Below are positions 1-9,711 of a stretch of DNA of 64,000 nucleotides, piece by piece (position 1 is the stretch's first letter; each line of letters begins with the position of its first letter). Source of the stretch: an uncultured Planctomycetaceae bacterium (GTDB lineage Bacteria > Planctomycetota > Planctomycetia > Planctomycetales > Planctomycetaceae); the NCBI GenBank assembly GCA_963976765.1, contig CAXBME010000026.1, forward strand, positions 62,001-126,000, written 5' to 3'. Position numbers and translations under genes: made by a program. The notes under the pieces were generated by a model that saw nothing but the letters and a program-made list of their open reading frames with translations, ran no database searches and was not told the DNA's origin.

Positions 1-17
1 CGCCGCTCAGCAACAGA

Positions 18-46
18 TTGGCAGGCTGCGAATTCGATGGTATGGT
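18..46 (+). promoter_or_regulatory. putative sigma70 promoter of the ECF gene (possibly leaderless)
   Basis: TTGGCA (18-23), 17-bp spacer, TATGGT (41-46); ATG at 53 is 6 nt downstream with no obvious SD. Confidence 0.45.
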
Positions 47-52
47 GACCGA

Positions 53-793
53 ATGAGCAATGCAGGCTTCGGCTCGCCTCATTCGGGGCGGTTTGCGACG
101 ACGCGTTGGACTATGGTCCAGGCAGCTGGAGTTGGCGCGCCGGAGTCAAGAGACGCGCTGGCGGAACTTTGCTCGACGTACTGGTATCCGCTCTACGCTT
201 ACCTGAGACGTCGCGGCCATCAGGCGATGGACGCTCAGGATTTGACTCAGGCGTTTGTGGCCTCACTGCTTGAACGCAGCGCGGTCGAGCGTGCCGATCC
301 CGGGAAAGGTCGCTTTCGGTCATTCTTGCTGGGCAGCCTCAATAAGTTCGTTTCGGACGAGAAACGTCGGCAGCGTGCGCAGAAACGCGGCGGTGATCGA
401 GAGATTCTTTCCATCAACGTCGACGCCGCCGAAGATCGCTACCGCCTGGAACCGGTTGACAAAGTCACGCCGGAAGCGATTTTCGAACGCCGCTGGGCAC
501 TGACCGTTCTTGATGCCGCCGTCAGCCGATTGCAGGCTCAGTACGAACGCTCTGATAAGCGGGAACTGTTCGAAGCGTTGCGCGGACATCTTGGTGCCGA
601 CAAATCGGTAGCCCCGAATCGCGAAGTCGCAGCAGCCTTGGGGATGCAGGAAGGAGCCGTCAAAGTGGCGGCTCACCGGTTGCGGCAGCAGTATCGCGAA
701 GCTCTGCGGACAGAAATCGCTCACACCGTCACCAGTAGCGAAGAGCTGGACGACGAACTGCGACGACTCTTTCAGACATTGTCCGGCGGTTGA
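53..793 (+). CDS. ECF-type RNA polymerase sigma factor (Ser/Thr-kinase-associated type)
   Basis: N-terminal FATTRW, region 2 YWYPLYAYLRR..DAQDLTQ, GRFRSFL, region 4 HTH (EVAAALGMQEGAVKVAAHRLR); directly upstream of a Hanks kinase. Confidence 0.92.
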   Translation: MSNAGFGSPHSGRFATTRWTMVQAAGVGAPESRDALAELCSTYWYPLYAYLRRRGHQAMDAQDLTQAFVASLLERSAVERADPGKGRFRSFLLGSLNKFVSDEKRRQRAQKRGGDREILSINVDAAEDRYRLEPVDKVTPEAIFERRWALTVLDAAVSRLQAQYERSDKRELFEALRGHLGADKSVAPNREVAAALGMQEGAVKVAAHRLRQQYREALRTEIAHTVTSSEELDDELRRLFQTLSGG

Positions 794-827
794 TCGAAAC
801 CAATCCTCAAACAATTTCAGAATTCCT

Positions 828-854
828 GTAACCACCCTGCCGAAATTCCTGAGT
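828..854 (+). promoter_or_regulatory. putative ECF-type promoter GTAAC-N15-CCTGAGT (copy 1)
   Basis: Lies between the sigma and kinase genes; the same bipartite motif occurs at 5783-5808 and 55350-55376. Confidence 0.5.
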
Positions 855-942
855 ACCCGATATCAAGAGCCCGTCGATCCTGTTTCGGGGCAGTTCACGT
901 GATCGTCAGCCGTCAGCCGTCGGCTGGCAGCGGGAAAATCTA

Positions 943-3498
943 ATGGCTGACCAGGAAACCTGTCCAAAATGCGGCGAGCCACTTCCGCCGGACGTCACGC
1001 CGGGACACTGTCCGAAGTGTCTGATGCAGGTTGCGTTTGAAAGTGAAGCCCCGCCGCTGAGCGGTCCCGCGACAACGTCGTCCGGGCAGGCCAGTCAGGC
1101 ATGGAACCTCGACCAGCTCTCATTGCTGTTTCCGGAACTGGAGATTATCGACCAGGTCGGCACCGGCGGCATGGGGGTTGTCTATAAGGCAAAACAGAAA
1201 CAGCTCGACCGACTCGTTGCCGTGAAGCTGGTGCGTCCCGATCTGTGCGACGACCCGGCCTTCGCCGAACGGTTTACGCGAGAAGCCCGCGCGATGGCAC
1301 GTCTCAGCCACCCAGCGATCATCAACGTTTTTGATTTCGGCCAGCGCGAGAACTTTTATTTCTTCATCATGGAATTCGTGGATGGCGCGAATCTACGACA
1401 ACTCGTCCGCTCCGGCGAACTTAACTCGAAGGCCGCACTGGCGATCGTTCCACAGATCTGCGACGCACTGCAGTACGCTCACGACGCCGGCATCGTCCAT
1501 CGAGACATCAAGCCGGAAAACATCCTGCTCGATAAATCAGGTCGAGTGAAAATTGCCGACTTCGGCCTGGCAAAACTCATCAAACCGCAACCGGACGACT
1601 TCACCTTGACCGGGACGAAACAGGTGGTCGGAACACCGCACTACATGGCGCCCGAGCAGTTCGAACATCCAACCGAAGTCGACCACCGAGCCGACATCTA
1701 CTCGGTCGGAGTCGTCATCTACGAAATGCTGACTGGCGAACTGCCACTTGGTCGGTTTGCCCCACCGTCGGAAAAAGTTCAGGTCGACGTGCGACTGGAT
1801 GAGATCGTGCTGCGAGCATTGCGGAAGGAACCGGAACTGCGCTATCAGCAGGTCACGGAAATTAAGACTGGACTCGAAGGAGTGTCTTCAACGCCTGCCG
1901 GATCGATGGCAGCCAGCTCGACGACTGCTGCAGAAGTTTCTCTGGCGGGGATGCGATTTCAGTTGAACGATTTGCAAATTCCTGGCTGGGGCCTGATCGG
2001 TGCGTCGATTGTCGACGTGATCACGTTTGCGGTGTGCGTGTTCGCGGCGATGTTTGGTCCCCGCGCTGACGAACCAGCGACGATTGCTTTTCTGCACATT
2101 GCTGGATTTTTTGTCTACATCGGTGCCCGAGAAATGCAGCGTCGGGGATCGTACCGCTGGGCTGTTGCTGCGTCCGTTCTGGCGATGATCCCATTTCATT
2201 CTGGAGCCGCTCTTGGAATTCCGTTCGGCATCTGGTCGCTCATCCTGCTTCGTAAGCCGCTTACGAAAGCAACCTTCAACAACTCTGAAGGATTTGCATC
2301 GGAGATTGAAGCTGCCAGCAACTTCACACTCTCTGCAACCAGGACTGCTGGTAAGAAGCTGAAAGAAGTTCCGTGGACTTCGGTCTTCACCCGGTCGGTA
2401 ATATTCGCAGCTCGGCAGATCAGGAAATTAACGAGCACCGGCATCAGGCTCGGTGTCTGGACTCTCATCTGTGCACTGACGTTTGCGATCAGCCTGTTGC
2501 TGGTGGTTCAGCATGCGTCGTGGACGTTCGACGTGGTTGATCGGACGGCGCAGAGGCTCAAAGGAGAATCTGGGCAGATTGATCTTCTGGCAACCGGTTC
2601 GCAGAGCCACACAGGAGCCGCCTTTGACCTTCGGCAGGCGATTCGAGATCAGCTCTCGATCACCTTGCGTCCCAACGTGTCACCAGGCCGGAAGGTTCCC
2701 GGACAAGTTCTGTCGATCTCATTCCCTGAAATGGAATATCGAACTTCGAAAGAATCAATGCAGCTCAGCCACTCATTCGACAGGGATACGATCCTCGACT
2801 GGATGGAGTCGGCAGGTGTCGACACAACCAGTCCGAACGTGCAGTTGGAATCTGAGGTGCTTAGCAGTCTGGTCTATGAGGTGGCTAATGATCAGAAGCT
2901 GGGAGTCCGATCCAACCGTTCGCTGGGAAATCTCCTGCGTAGAAACGCTGGTGTTTTTGACACGACACATTCGTCGGAACGCCCTGGGCTGACCATTCAC
3001 GAAACACTCGACGTTGTTTCGATGGTGGTGGCCTGTGCCGCCAACGCGATTCTGTGGCTGAGCGGACTGTCGATCATCTTTGTCAATGTGTTTCGTCGTC
3101 GAAAACCAGACTCCGACCCCGGCCCGAAGTCACGCCTGCTGGTGTTTGTAACGACGGTGGTAATCCTGAGCCTGTGGTCGCTGCTCGGATTCATCGCCCG
3201 GCCAGTAGCAGCAACTCTGGTCCCGCGAGCGTTGTCGGAAGAGTTCCCTTCGCAGTTTGCGCCTCAGGATCCTTCCGCAGCTTTCATTGCGGATCTCGGA
3301 TTGTGCGTTACCTGGACGATCGGCGTGCTGGCCATCACGTTGCCCGCCTGGGCTCTCTGGCGAAATCGCAGTCCTCGCTTTCTCGAAACCCAAAGCCGTC
3401 TGAACAAAGCGACTGATGCAGTCGAAAGTCCAACCCCGGATGAGCCTGAGCAAACTCTCAGCGCCGAGCCGTCAGGCGAAAACCGCGACGCAGAATGA
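943..3498 (+). CDS. membrane-bound Ser/Thr protein kinase with N-terminal Zn-ribbon and multi-TM C-terminal region
   Basis: CPKCG..CPKCL; GTGGMG, VAVK, HRDIKPEN, DFG, YMAPE; several hydrophobic segments after the kinase domain. Confidence 0.93.
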   Translation: MADQETCPKCGEPLPPDVTPGHCPKCLMQVAFESEAPPLSGPATTSSGQASQAWNLDQLSLLFPELEIIDQVGTGGMGVVYKAKQKQLDRLVAVKLVRPDLCDDPAFAERFTREARAMARLSHPAIINVFDFGQRENFYFFIMEFVDGANLRQLVRSGELNSKAALAIVPQICDALQYAHDAGIVHRDIKPENILLDKSGRVKIADFGLAKLIKPQPDDFTLTGTKQVVGTPHYMAPEQFEHPTEVDHRADIYSVGVVIYEMLTGELPLGRFAPPSEKVQVDVRLDEIVLRALRKEPELRYQQVTEIKTGLEGVSSTPAGSMAASSTTAAEVSLAGMRFQLNDLQIPGWGLIGASIVDVITFAVCVFAAMFGPRADEPATIAFLHIAGFFVYIGAREMQRRGSYRWAVAASVLAMIPFHSGAALGIPFGIWSLILLRKPLTKATFNNSEGFASEIEAASNFTLSATRTAGKKLKEVPWTSVFTRSVIFAARQIRKLTSTGIRLGVWTLICALTFAISLLLVVQHASWTFDVVDRTAQRLKGESGQIDLLATGSQSHTGAAFDLRQAIRDQLSITLRPNVSPGRKVPGQVLSISFPEMEYRTSKESMQLSHSFDRDTILDWMESAGVDTTSPNVQLESEVLSSLVYEVANDQKLGVRSNRSLGNLLRRNAGVFDTTHSSERPGLTIHETLDVVSMVVACAANAILWLSGLSIIFVNVFRRRKPDSDPGPKSRLLVFVTTVVILSLWSLLGFIARPVAATLVPRALSEEFPSQFAPQDPSAAFIADLGLCVTWTIGVLAITLPAWALWRNRSPRFLETQSRLNKATDAVESPTPDEPEQTLSAEPSGENRDAE

Positions 3499-3613
3499 CT
3501 TCGGAATGCCCCGCCTTGTTGATGTCATCCCAGGATCGAGGTGATCTGCGAGACTGTTACGCCTGAACTGAAGTCTGGCCGTTGTTCATGCTCACAGATT
3601 CTGTGGAAGAGCC

Positions 3614-4879
3614 TCAAAAGTTGAAGCCGGAGCCGGTTGAATCAGCATCGGTGGCTGCTGAGTCGTCGGAACTGTCGGCTGCTGGATCGTCCGAAGCGAA
3701 TTCGGGCAGGATTGGCTGACGCTCGGGGAACATGTGGTAAGTCGGAAACTCCTTGTTCTGCTCGCGGATGCAGACGATCAATCCAGTTGTCGTGGCCATG
3801 TACAGTCGATCGGTCAGCTCGTTTCCGTATCGGATTGAGAAATCCTTCAGCGGCAGGGCGCCAATTGGTGCTCCGTCAGACGACGCAAAGATCGATACCT
3901 GTCCAAGGTTGTCCGTCATGAACACCAGGTTCTTTGTCGCTCCGACGAAGTCTTCCATGTACGGTTTTTTCCAGCGACGTTCACCAGAAATCTTCGAGAT
4001 GCAGTACACCCCGCCGCGATGTGGAAACACGTAGCAATTGTTGCCGATGACTCGGACTTCTTTTCGGATGGGGAGCCCGGCGACAAATTGCCAGCGAACT
4101 GAGCCAGTATCCTGCTTGATACAGAAGACGTTGAAGTCTTCCGATGCCAGGTAAATGAATCCTGGTGAATATCCCAGCGGAGCCGACACCGCCTGATCTG
4201 TTTCAAACTGCCATTGCAGCTTTCGATCAGCCGCAGTCAGTGAGTAAAGCGAATTGTCACGGCTGGCAAAGTTAAGTGTCAGGTCATCCGAGATTGGCTG
4301 CGTGGTGATTTCGTCAGCGGCTTTGTACCTCCACAGCAGCGCAATGTTCGTCCATTGTGGCAGGAGATTGTCGTTATGCAGTTCTTCGATCTTTTTCAGA
4401 TCGTAGGCGTAAACGCTGCCATCGAGCGTGCCGTAATAAAGTCGTTGATTATCAACCGAAGGGCTTGTTGATGCAGAGTTTGGCAGCGCCAGTTCCCAGA
4501 TCAAATCGCCTTTAATTTTGTCGAGGGCGTAGAGCGTGGTACCGGCGATCACCAGCACTTTGTCGTCATTCGACACGCAGGCCTGGCTCGGCTGGTTGTG
4601 CCGACCAAGCTGCACGGCCCAGCGTTTCAAACCAGTTTCATTGTCGAAGGCCGTGATGATCCCCCCCGACGACTGGACGTACAGCGACTGCTCGTCAAGG
4701 ACCATGAATCGAACGCGATCCTGCCCGGGATCCAGAGTCGCCTGTCCCCACCAGGCTCGTTCAAGGCCGAACCGGGCCAGCATTTGAGAAGTCGGCAACG
4801 TCCTGCTTTGAGCGAATGACGCTGACGACGCGACGCTCAGTATCGCCAGTGCGGCAAGTGTCGTGGAAAGACGAGTCAT
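3614..4879 (-). CDS. exported PQQ-like beta-propeller repeat protein (BamB-like)
   Basis: Sec signal (..SFA/Q) and repeated A-x-D/N-x-x-T/K-G-x-x-x-W blades. Confidence 0.85.
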   Translation of the reverse strand: MTRLSTTLAALAILSVASSASFAQSRTLPTSQMLARFGLERAWWGQATLDPGQDRVRFMVLDEQSLYVQSSGGIITAFDNETGLKRWAVQLGRHNQPSQACVSNDDKVLVIAGTTLYALDKIKGDLIWELALPNSASTSPSVDNQRLYYGTLDGSVYAYDLKKIEELHNDNLLPQWTNIALLWRYKAADEITTQPISDDLTLNFASRDNSLYSLTAADRKLQWQFETDQAVSAPLGYSPGFIYLASEDFNVFCIKQDTGSVRWQFVAGLPIRKEVRVIGNNCYVFPHRGGVYCISKISGERRWKKPYMEDFVGATKNLVFMTDNLGQVSIFASSDGAPIGALPLKDFSIRYGNELTDRLYMATTTGLIVCIREQNKEFPTYHMFPERQPILPEFASDDPAADSSDDSAATDADSTGSGFNF

Positions 4880-4999
4880 AACTGCCTCTTGAATTTCTGT
4901 AGGATGCCGCCGCGTTGTCGTTGATCTGAAAGTTTGCGTCCTGGTCGAAAACCGTCGTTTCTGACAGTGGTTCGACTAATCGCCGATTCGAACTCTGTT

Positions 5000-5536
5000 T
5001 TATTTTTCCGTTGAGTCTTCCGCAGTCGGCTTTGTTTGAGCCAGTGGGGCCGAGGAAAACTCTCGTCCTGCGATCGCGATTTCAGACTCCATCATTGTTT
5101 CGTCGTACGGCTCTGCCTGTCCGGCAAGATCGTAAGACGGGTAAAACGTTGTGAATTGTTCCGGCGAGAAGTTCACCAGGTATCCGTTACGAAATTGCAG
5201 CGTCACTTCTTCGTCGCTGCCCGGCCAGGTCATGAAAGTGTCGGCCTCGTAAATGCCATCGGGATACGAATCCGGTGCCGACAGAGCAGCTTCCCGCAGA
5301 GACTCACGATAGTTCTCGACGCCTTCTTCCAGTGGTCTTCCCGGACCGAGAAGTTCTTCCACATCCTGTAAAGAATTACCTCGACCAATACTACTGCTGA
5401 GAAGCGTGTAGAGCGATTTTCCGTCACGAAAACGCTGGTAATGATCGGCTTCGACCGAAGCTGAGGGCAGCGTCATGACAACCGCCAGAGTAACCACGAC
5501 CAGCAGAACAAGAATTGGAAGAGCAGCCTGTTTCAT
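5000..5536 (-). CDS. hypothetical exported or membrane-anchored protein
   Basis: N-terminal hydrophobic stretch; acidic body; IGRGNSLQDVEELLGPG resembles an SmpA/BLIP-like motif. Confidence 0.7.
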   Translation of the reverse strand: MKQAALPILVLLVVVTLAVVMTLPSASVEADHYQRFRDGKSLYTLLSSSIGRGNSLQDVEELLGPGRPLEEGVENYRESLREAALSAPDSYPDGIYEADTFMTWPGSDEEVTLQFRNGYLVNFSPEQFTTFYPSYDLAGQAEPYDETMMESEIAIAGREFSSAPLAQTKPTAEDSTEK

Positions 5537-5782
5537 GAGAACAACCGGTCTGGAGAGATTGCGCGATGCATAGCGGAAACTGCAGCGATTCTATGTGTCC
5601 CGAAGGATCACTCACCAGAGCCTTGTCCGGGGATTCGTCACTCAGATCTGTGAGCCCCCTCGTGAATGGTCGAACCGGTCTCACCTGTCCCGGAATCAGC
5701 AGGAACCGGCGGAGCGTCGCGACGAATGATGAGCTGACTTTCCGTGACTCGACCAGAAGGCAGACTGGCCGGCCTGCCAATC

Positions 5783-5808
5783 GTAACAGCCGTCGCGATT
5801 GCCTGAGT
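5783..5808 (+). promoter_or_regulatory. putative ECF-type promoter GTAAC-N14-CCTGAGT (copy 2)
   Basis: Intergenic, same strand as and about 275 bp upstream of the ArnT-like gene. Confidence 0.4.
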
Positions 5809-6082
5809 CAGCCTGGAGCGCCGAATTAGCCACCTTCGGACAATGCCGGACTTCAGCCTCGATCCGGCGTTGCCGATGTTAGTGCTGCTGTCTGCTGGCT
5901 GCGGTTTCGACGCTAAGAAGCACGCTCGCTTCAACCAGTTTCGCGATTCATCAGAACCGCAGACACAAGGGCCACACTCCGCGTATTTATTCAGGGTTGA
6001 CCTGCTCCCATGATCTCGATCCCCCAGACCAGGCTTCGCCGCGTTGTTACTGCTGGAATCGTCAGCGTAAGGAGCCACCGCG

Positions 6083-7612
6083 ATGCTTGAGACCTATTCC
6101 CTTCGCGGAAAAGACAGGCTGCTGCTGCTCTTTGCAACGGTGCTTGTCTTCGTCCCGACACTCGTTGTTGATCACGGCGTTGGCATCCGAGAGGCAACTC
6201 ACGCCTTAAGTCTTCGTGAAATGTCAAACTCTGGAAGCTGGCTGGTTCCGACGATCGGCGGTTTGCCGTCGCTGGAGTCGCCGCCTTTGACTTTGTGGCT
6301 GGCGTACCTTGCTGCGAAAACCTTTGGATTGTCGAACTTGCTGACGGCAGTTCGATTCACCGGGCTGCTTCCGCTCGTGCTGGCGACGTTGTGGACGGCG
6401 TCTTTCGCGGCATCGTGCTCGGGACGGCGAACCGGCATCCTTGCAGGCTTCGTACTTCTAACAACGCTCGGCGTTGCTGAAAACGTCTGGCATGGCGGCA
6501 ACGTCGTCTGGTTGATTGCTGCGGGCAGCGGATTCATGAAACTGTTGTCTCGACTGGAAAGCCGTCTTCAGTCACGAGGTCTGCTCCCTGATCAGTCCAA
6601 CGCTGTCGTCGGAGCAGGAGCAACCAGCGTCGCAGGCGTGATGTTTGTCTTCGTTCTGCTCGGACTGGCGACGATGATTGCCGGCCCGATTGCGGCACTG
6701 GTGGCCATCTTTGTCCCGGCCGCCGGACATGTTCTGCTTCGTCGCGACCTGTCACTGAAGCTGAGCAATCCGTGGGTTGTCGGCTGGGGGCTGACCGCCG
6801 CAATCGCTGCCGTCTGGCCAGTGGCTGCATCGAGACTTATCGCCGATTCATCGGGCACCTGGTTCGGCTCACTTCGCAACCTGACAGACACTCAACTCTT
6901 GCTGGAACCACTCTGGCAGCTGGTGCAGTTAAGTCTCCCCTGGTTGCCGCTGGCGATCTTTGGTCAATGGTGTACACGGCACGATGCCTTTGCCGGGAAC
7001 TACTCGCGTGAACGGCTACTGGCCTGCTGGAGTATTTCCGTCCCGATCGCTGTGTTCCTGCTGACTCCGTCGAGAATGGAGTTTGCCCTTGCAGCTGCGG
7101 GAGCGTGGTCAATTTCAGCCGCGATTGGTGTCGAGCGTCTGGTCGGTAGGGTTTTTAAAGAGTTGCCGATCCTCGAAACGCGTCACAACCGTGCGCTCTT
7201 CCAGAAGTTCCTCACGGGGTGCGCAGCAGTCCTGACGCTGACCACCGTCTGGAGCGATTTTGGCGGCAACTCAAACCAGGTCGATCAGCAACTGCTGGCA
7301 GAAGCTCGTGCGATGGCCCGAAACGGACAACCACTCCTGGTCGATCTGAATCTTGGCGACCAGGCTGCCGTCATCCTGTTTGAACTGGACGATCAGGCAG
7401 AACCGCTGCAATTACCAGCGAAATCGCAGCTCTGGGAGAATGCGTTCGTGATTTCAACCGAAACTTTTCAGCGCGACGCACTCGACCAGGGATATGTCAG
7501 CCGAGTCGAAACAAGTCGACCCGATCCAGACGTCATCATGGTGCGCATGAATCGTTTTGTCCGATCTGACGTGCCGCAGATTGCCTCAGAATCCGTTCGA
7601 ACAATGCACTAA
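6083..7612 (+). CDS. ArnT/PMT-like GT-C fold membrane protein (divergent)
   Basis: REMSNSGSWLVPTIGGLPSLESPPLTLWL matches the ArnT periplasmic loop pattern; LPWLPL motif; many TM helices. Confidence 0.75.
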   Translation: MLETYSLRGKDRLLLLFATVLVFVPTLVVDHGVGIREATHALSLREMSNSGSWLVPTIGGLPSLESPPLTLWLAYLAAKTFGLSNLLTAVRFTGLLPLVLATLWTASFAASCSGRRTGILAGFVLLTTLGVAENVWHGGNVVWLIAAGSGFMKLLSRLESRLQSRGLLPDQSNAVVGAGATSVAGVMFVFVLLGLATMIAGPIAALVAIFVPAAGHVLLRRDLSLKLSNPWVVGWGLTAAIAAVWPVAASRLIADSSGTWFGSLRNLTDTQLLLEPLWQLVQLSLPWLPLAIFGQWCTRHDAFAGNYSRERLLACWSISVPIAVFLLTPSRMEFALAAAGAWSISAAIGVERLVGRVFKELPILETRHNRALFQKFLTGCAAVLTLTTVWSDFGGNSNQVDQQLLAEARAMARNGQPLLVDLNLGDQAAVILFELDDQAEPLQLPAKSQLWENAFVISTETFQRDALDQGYVSRVETSRPDPDVIMVRMNRFVRSDVPQIASESVRTMH

Positions 7613-7860
7613 CCGCAGACACGTTGCGCAAAGACAGATTGATACAATCGAGTCAGGACCGCTCGGAAAACCTTGTCGAACTGGTTGGTTAAGGCCATCA
7701 TTCAATCGCTCAACGGCCACACAGAGTCACACGGCAGTATCACCAGTTTTCGAACGTCGGTGTCCTTGAGTCCGCTGTTCTGACCAGAGTCAGAATATCA
7801 CGACTCTCAACCGGCTCTGATTCACGCAGGATAATAGCAGCACCCAGGGAGACGCCGACG

Positions 7861-9711
7861 ATGATCAGTGACACGGACGGAAACGGCGCGGCGAAGAAAC
7901 CTCAGGACTTCAGGATTCGATCGTTCCAGATCGACCTCACCGCACAGGCAGTGACGCCTGAGACCGTTCAGTGCGAGGATCTGGAAGACGCGCTGGGCGG
8001 TATCGCTCGCGGATTCAAGCTGCTTGAAAAATGTCCGACCGATACGCCTTACGATCCATCGGCCACGCTGATTCTGAATCTCGGAATTCTCAGCGGTACC
8101 GATTTTATGACCGGGCTGAGAACTTACTTTCACGGTTACTCGCCGCTGAAGTCGTCTCTCAGCGGTCGCCCATCCGCGATGTGGTCAGCCGGCAGCGGCA
8201 AGTTCGGCACCAAACTGCGACACCTCGACGTCGACGAGATTATTTTCACGGGCCGCTGTGAGAAACCAACGCTGTTGCGAATTCATCGTGACACCGAAGA
8301 TGGCCCGGCGCAGTTCAGCTTTGAAGATGCGTCTGACCTGGTCGGCATGCAGGTGAACCCGAAGATCCTGAAGCTGCACGAAAAATTTCCCAACGCCCAC
8401 TTCGCTGTGATCGGCCCTTCCGGCGAGAACTACGAAAACTGCCGTTATGCCGCGATCGCTCTCTCGACCGAGAACCAGCTTAAGTCGAAAGACAACAAGC
8501 CTCGCTTCTGCGGACGCGGCGGCATGGGCGGCGTGATGGGCTCGAAGAATCTGATCGCCATCGTGGTCGACACGAAAGACCGCATCGGCCCGAAAGCTCC
8601 GCCAGAGCTGAAGGAACTCAACCAGGAAGTTGCAAAAGGCAAAGGCAGTGCCAAGTTTCGCGACAAAGACAAGTTCGGCGGAGGCGGCGGAACCTGGGCC
8701 AACTACGACGCCCTGAACCCCGTTCACGCCATGCCGGAAATGAACTTCGTTCCGACCGGCACGAAGGTCTCGCTGCCACTTTTCCGAGATAACTGGGAAC
8801 AGGGACCGTACGTCGTCAAAGACGAATCCTGCTTCCGCTGCGGCATCTCGTGTCACAAGAACGTCTACGACGAAGACGAAAACGGCAAGGCCGGAAAGTT
8901 CCGAGCAAAGCTCGACTTCGAACCGCTCAACCTGCTGTCGTCCAACGTTGGCATCTTCGAGCCGGACGAATGCCTGGAACTTTGCGAAGTTGTCGACCAG
9001 TACTGCATGGACTCAATTTCGGTCGGGACAACTCTCTCCTACGCGATGGAGTACAACCGCCGAAACCCTGACAAAATGATCGCCCACGGCGTGACATACG
9101 GAGACTACAAAACCGCCCACAAAGTGCTCGAAGAAATCGGGCAGGGCAAGCTGCCGGAACTCGGCCAGGGAACGTTGCGGCTGAGTAAAGAACTCGGCGC
9201 TCCAGAGTACGCCATGCAGTCAAAGGGGATGGAATACGCCGCTTACCTTCCTCAGACCAACCCCGGATATCCCTGGGCGCTGGCCGGCGGTCACATGTCA
9301 ATGAAGACGTATCTGCTGCTGCTTGTCGAAAAAGAAACCGGCATGGACTACTGGGTCGACGCGATCACCAACCGCGGCCTGGCCATCCTTCGCGACGACT
9401 TTCTCGGCGTCTGCAAATTCAGTGGCATGTCCGACGAAAACATGGCAAAGGCAATCGCCGCATTGACGGGTCTTGCGGTCTCGGTCGAGGAAATTCAGAA
9501 GACGATTCGCCGAGTCTTCCTTCGAGGCTACCGGCTGGAACTTCGTCAGGGCTTTACCGACGCCGACTACACCATGCCGGAAGAAGCTCATGACGAGTAC
9601 CCGCAGATTCAACTTCCACACTTCAATTCGCGAGAATTCTTCGGAGAGCTGAAGCAGAAAGTGCAGTCACGCCTCGGCGAGATGCTCGTCGAAGAAGGCA
9701 TGCCGGTTTAG
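7861..9711 (+). CDS. aldehyde:ferredoxin oxidoreductase (W/Mo-pterin AOR family) protein
   Basis: GRGGMGGVMGSKNL, CFRCGISC plus GVCKF ([4Fe-4S] ligands), DQYCMDSIS pterin motif, MQSKGMEYAAYLP. Confidence 0.9.
   Translation: MISDTDGNGAAKKPQDFRIRSFQIDLTAQAVTPETVQCEDLEDALGGIARGFKLLEKCPTDTPYDPSATLILNLGILSGTDFMTGLRTYFHGYSPLKSSLSGRPSAMWSAGSGKFGTKLRHLDVDEIIFTGRCEKPTLLRIHRDTEDGPAQFSFEDASDLVGMQVNPKILKLHEKFPNAHFAVIGPSGENYENCRYAAIALSTENQLKSKDNKPRFCGRGGMGGVMGSKNLIAIVVDTKDRIGPKAPPELKELNQEVAKGKGSAKFRDKDKFGGGGGTWANYDALNPVHAMPEMNFVPTGTKVSLPLFRDNWEQGPYVVKDESCFRCGISCHKNVYDEDENGKAGKFRAKLDFEPLNLLSSNVGIFEPDECLELCEVVDQYCMDSISVGTTLSYAMEYNRRNPDKMIAHGVTYGDYKTAHKVLEEIGQGKLPELGQGTLRLSKELGAPEYAMQSKGMEYAAYLPQTNPGYPWALAGGHMSMKTYLLLLVEKETGMDYWVDAITNRGLAILRDDFLGVCKFSGMSDENMAKAIAALTGLAVSVEEIQKTIRRVFLRGYRLELRQGFTDADYTMPEEAHDEYPQIQLPHFNSREFFGELKQKVQSRLGEMLVEEGMPV

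Noticed and set aside
5566..6078. Short ORFs in the 5537-6082 gap
   Set aside because: No recognisable motifs; more likely a divergent regulatory region
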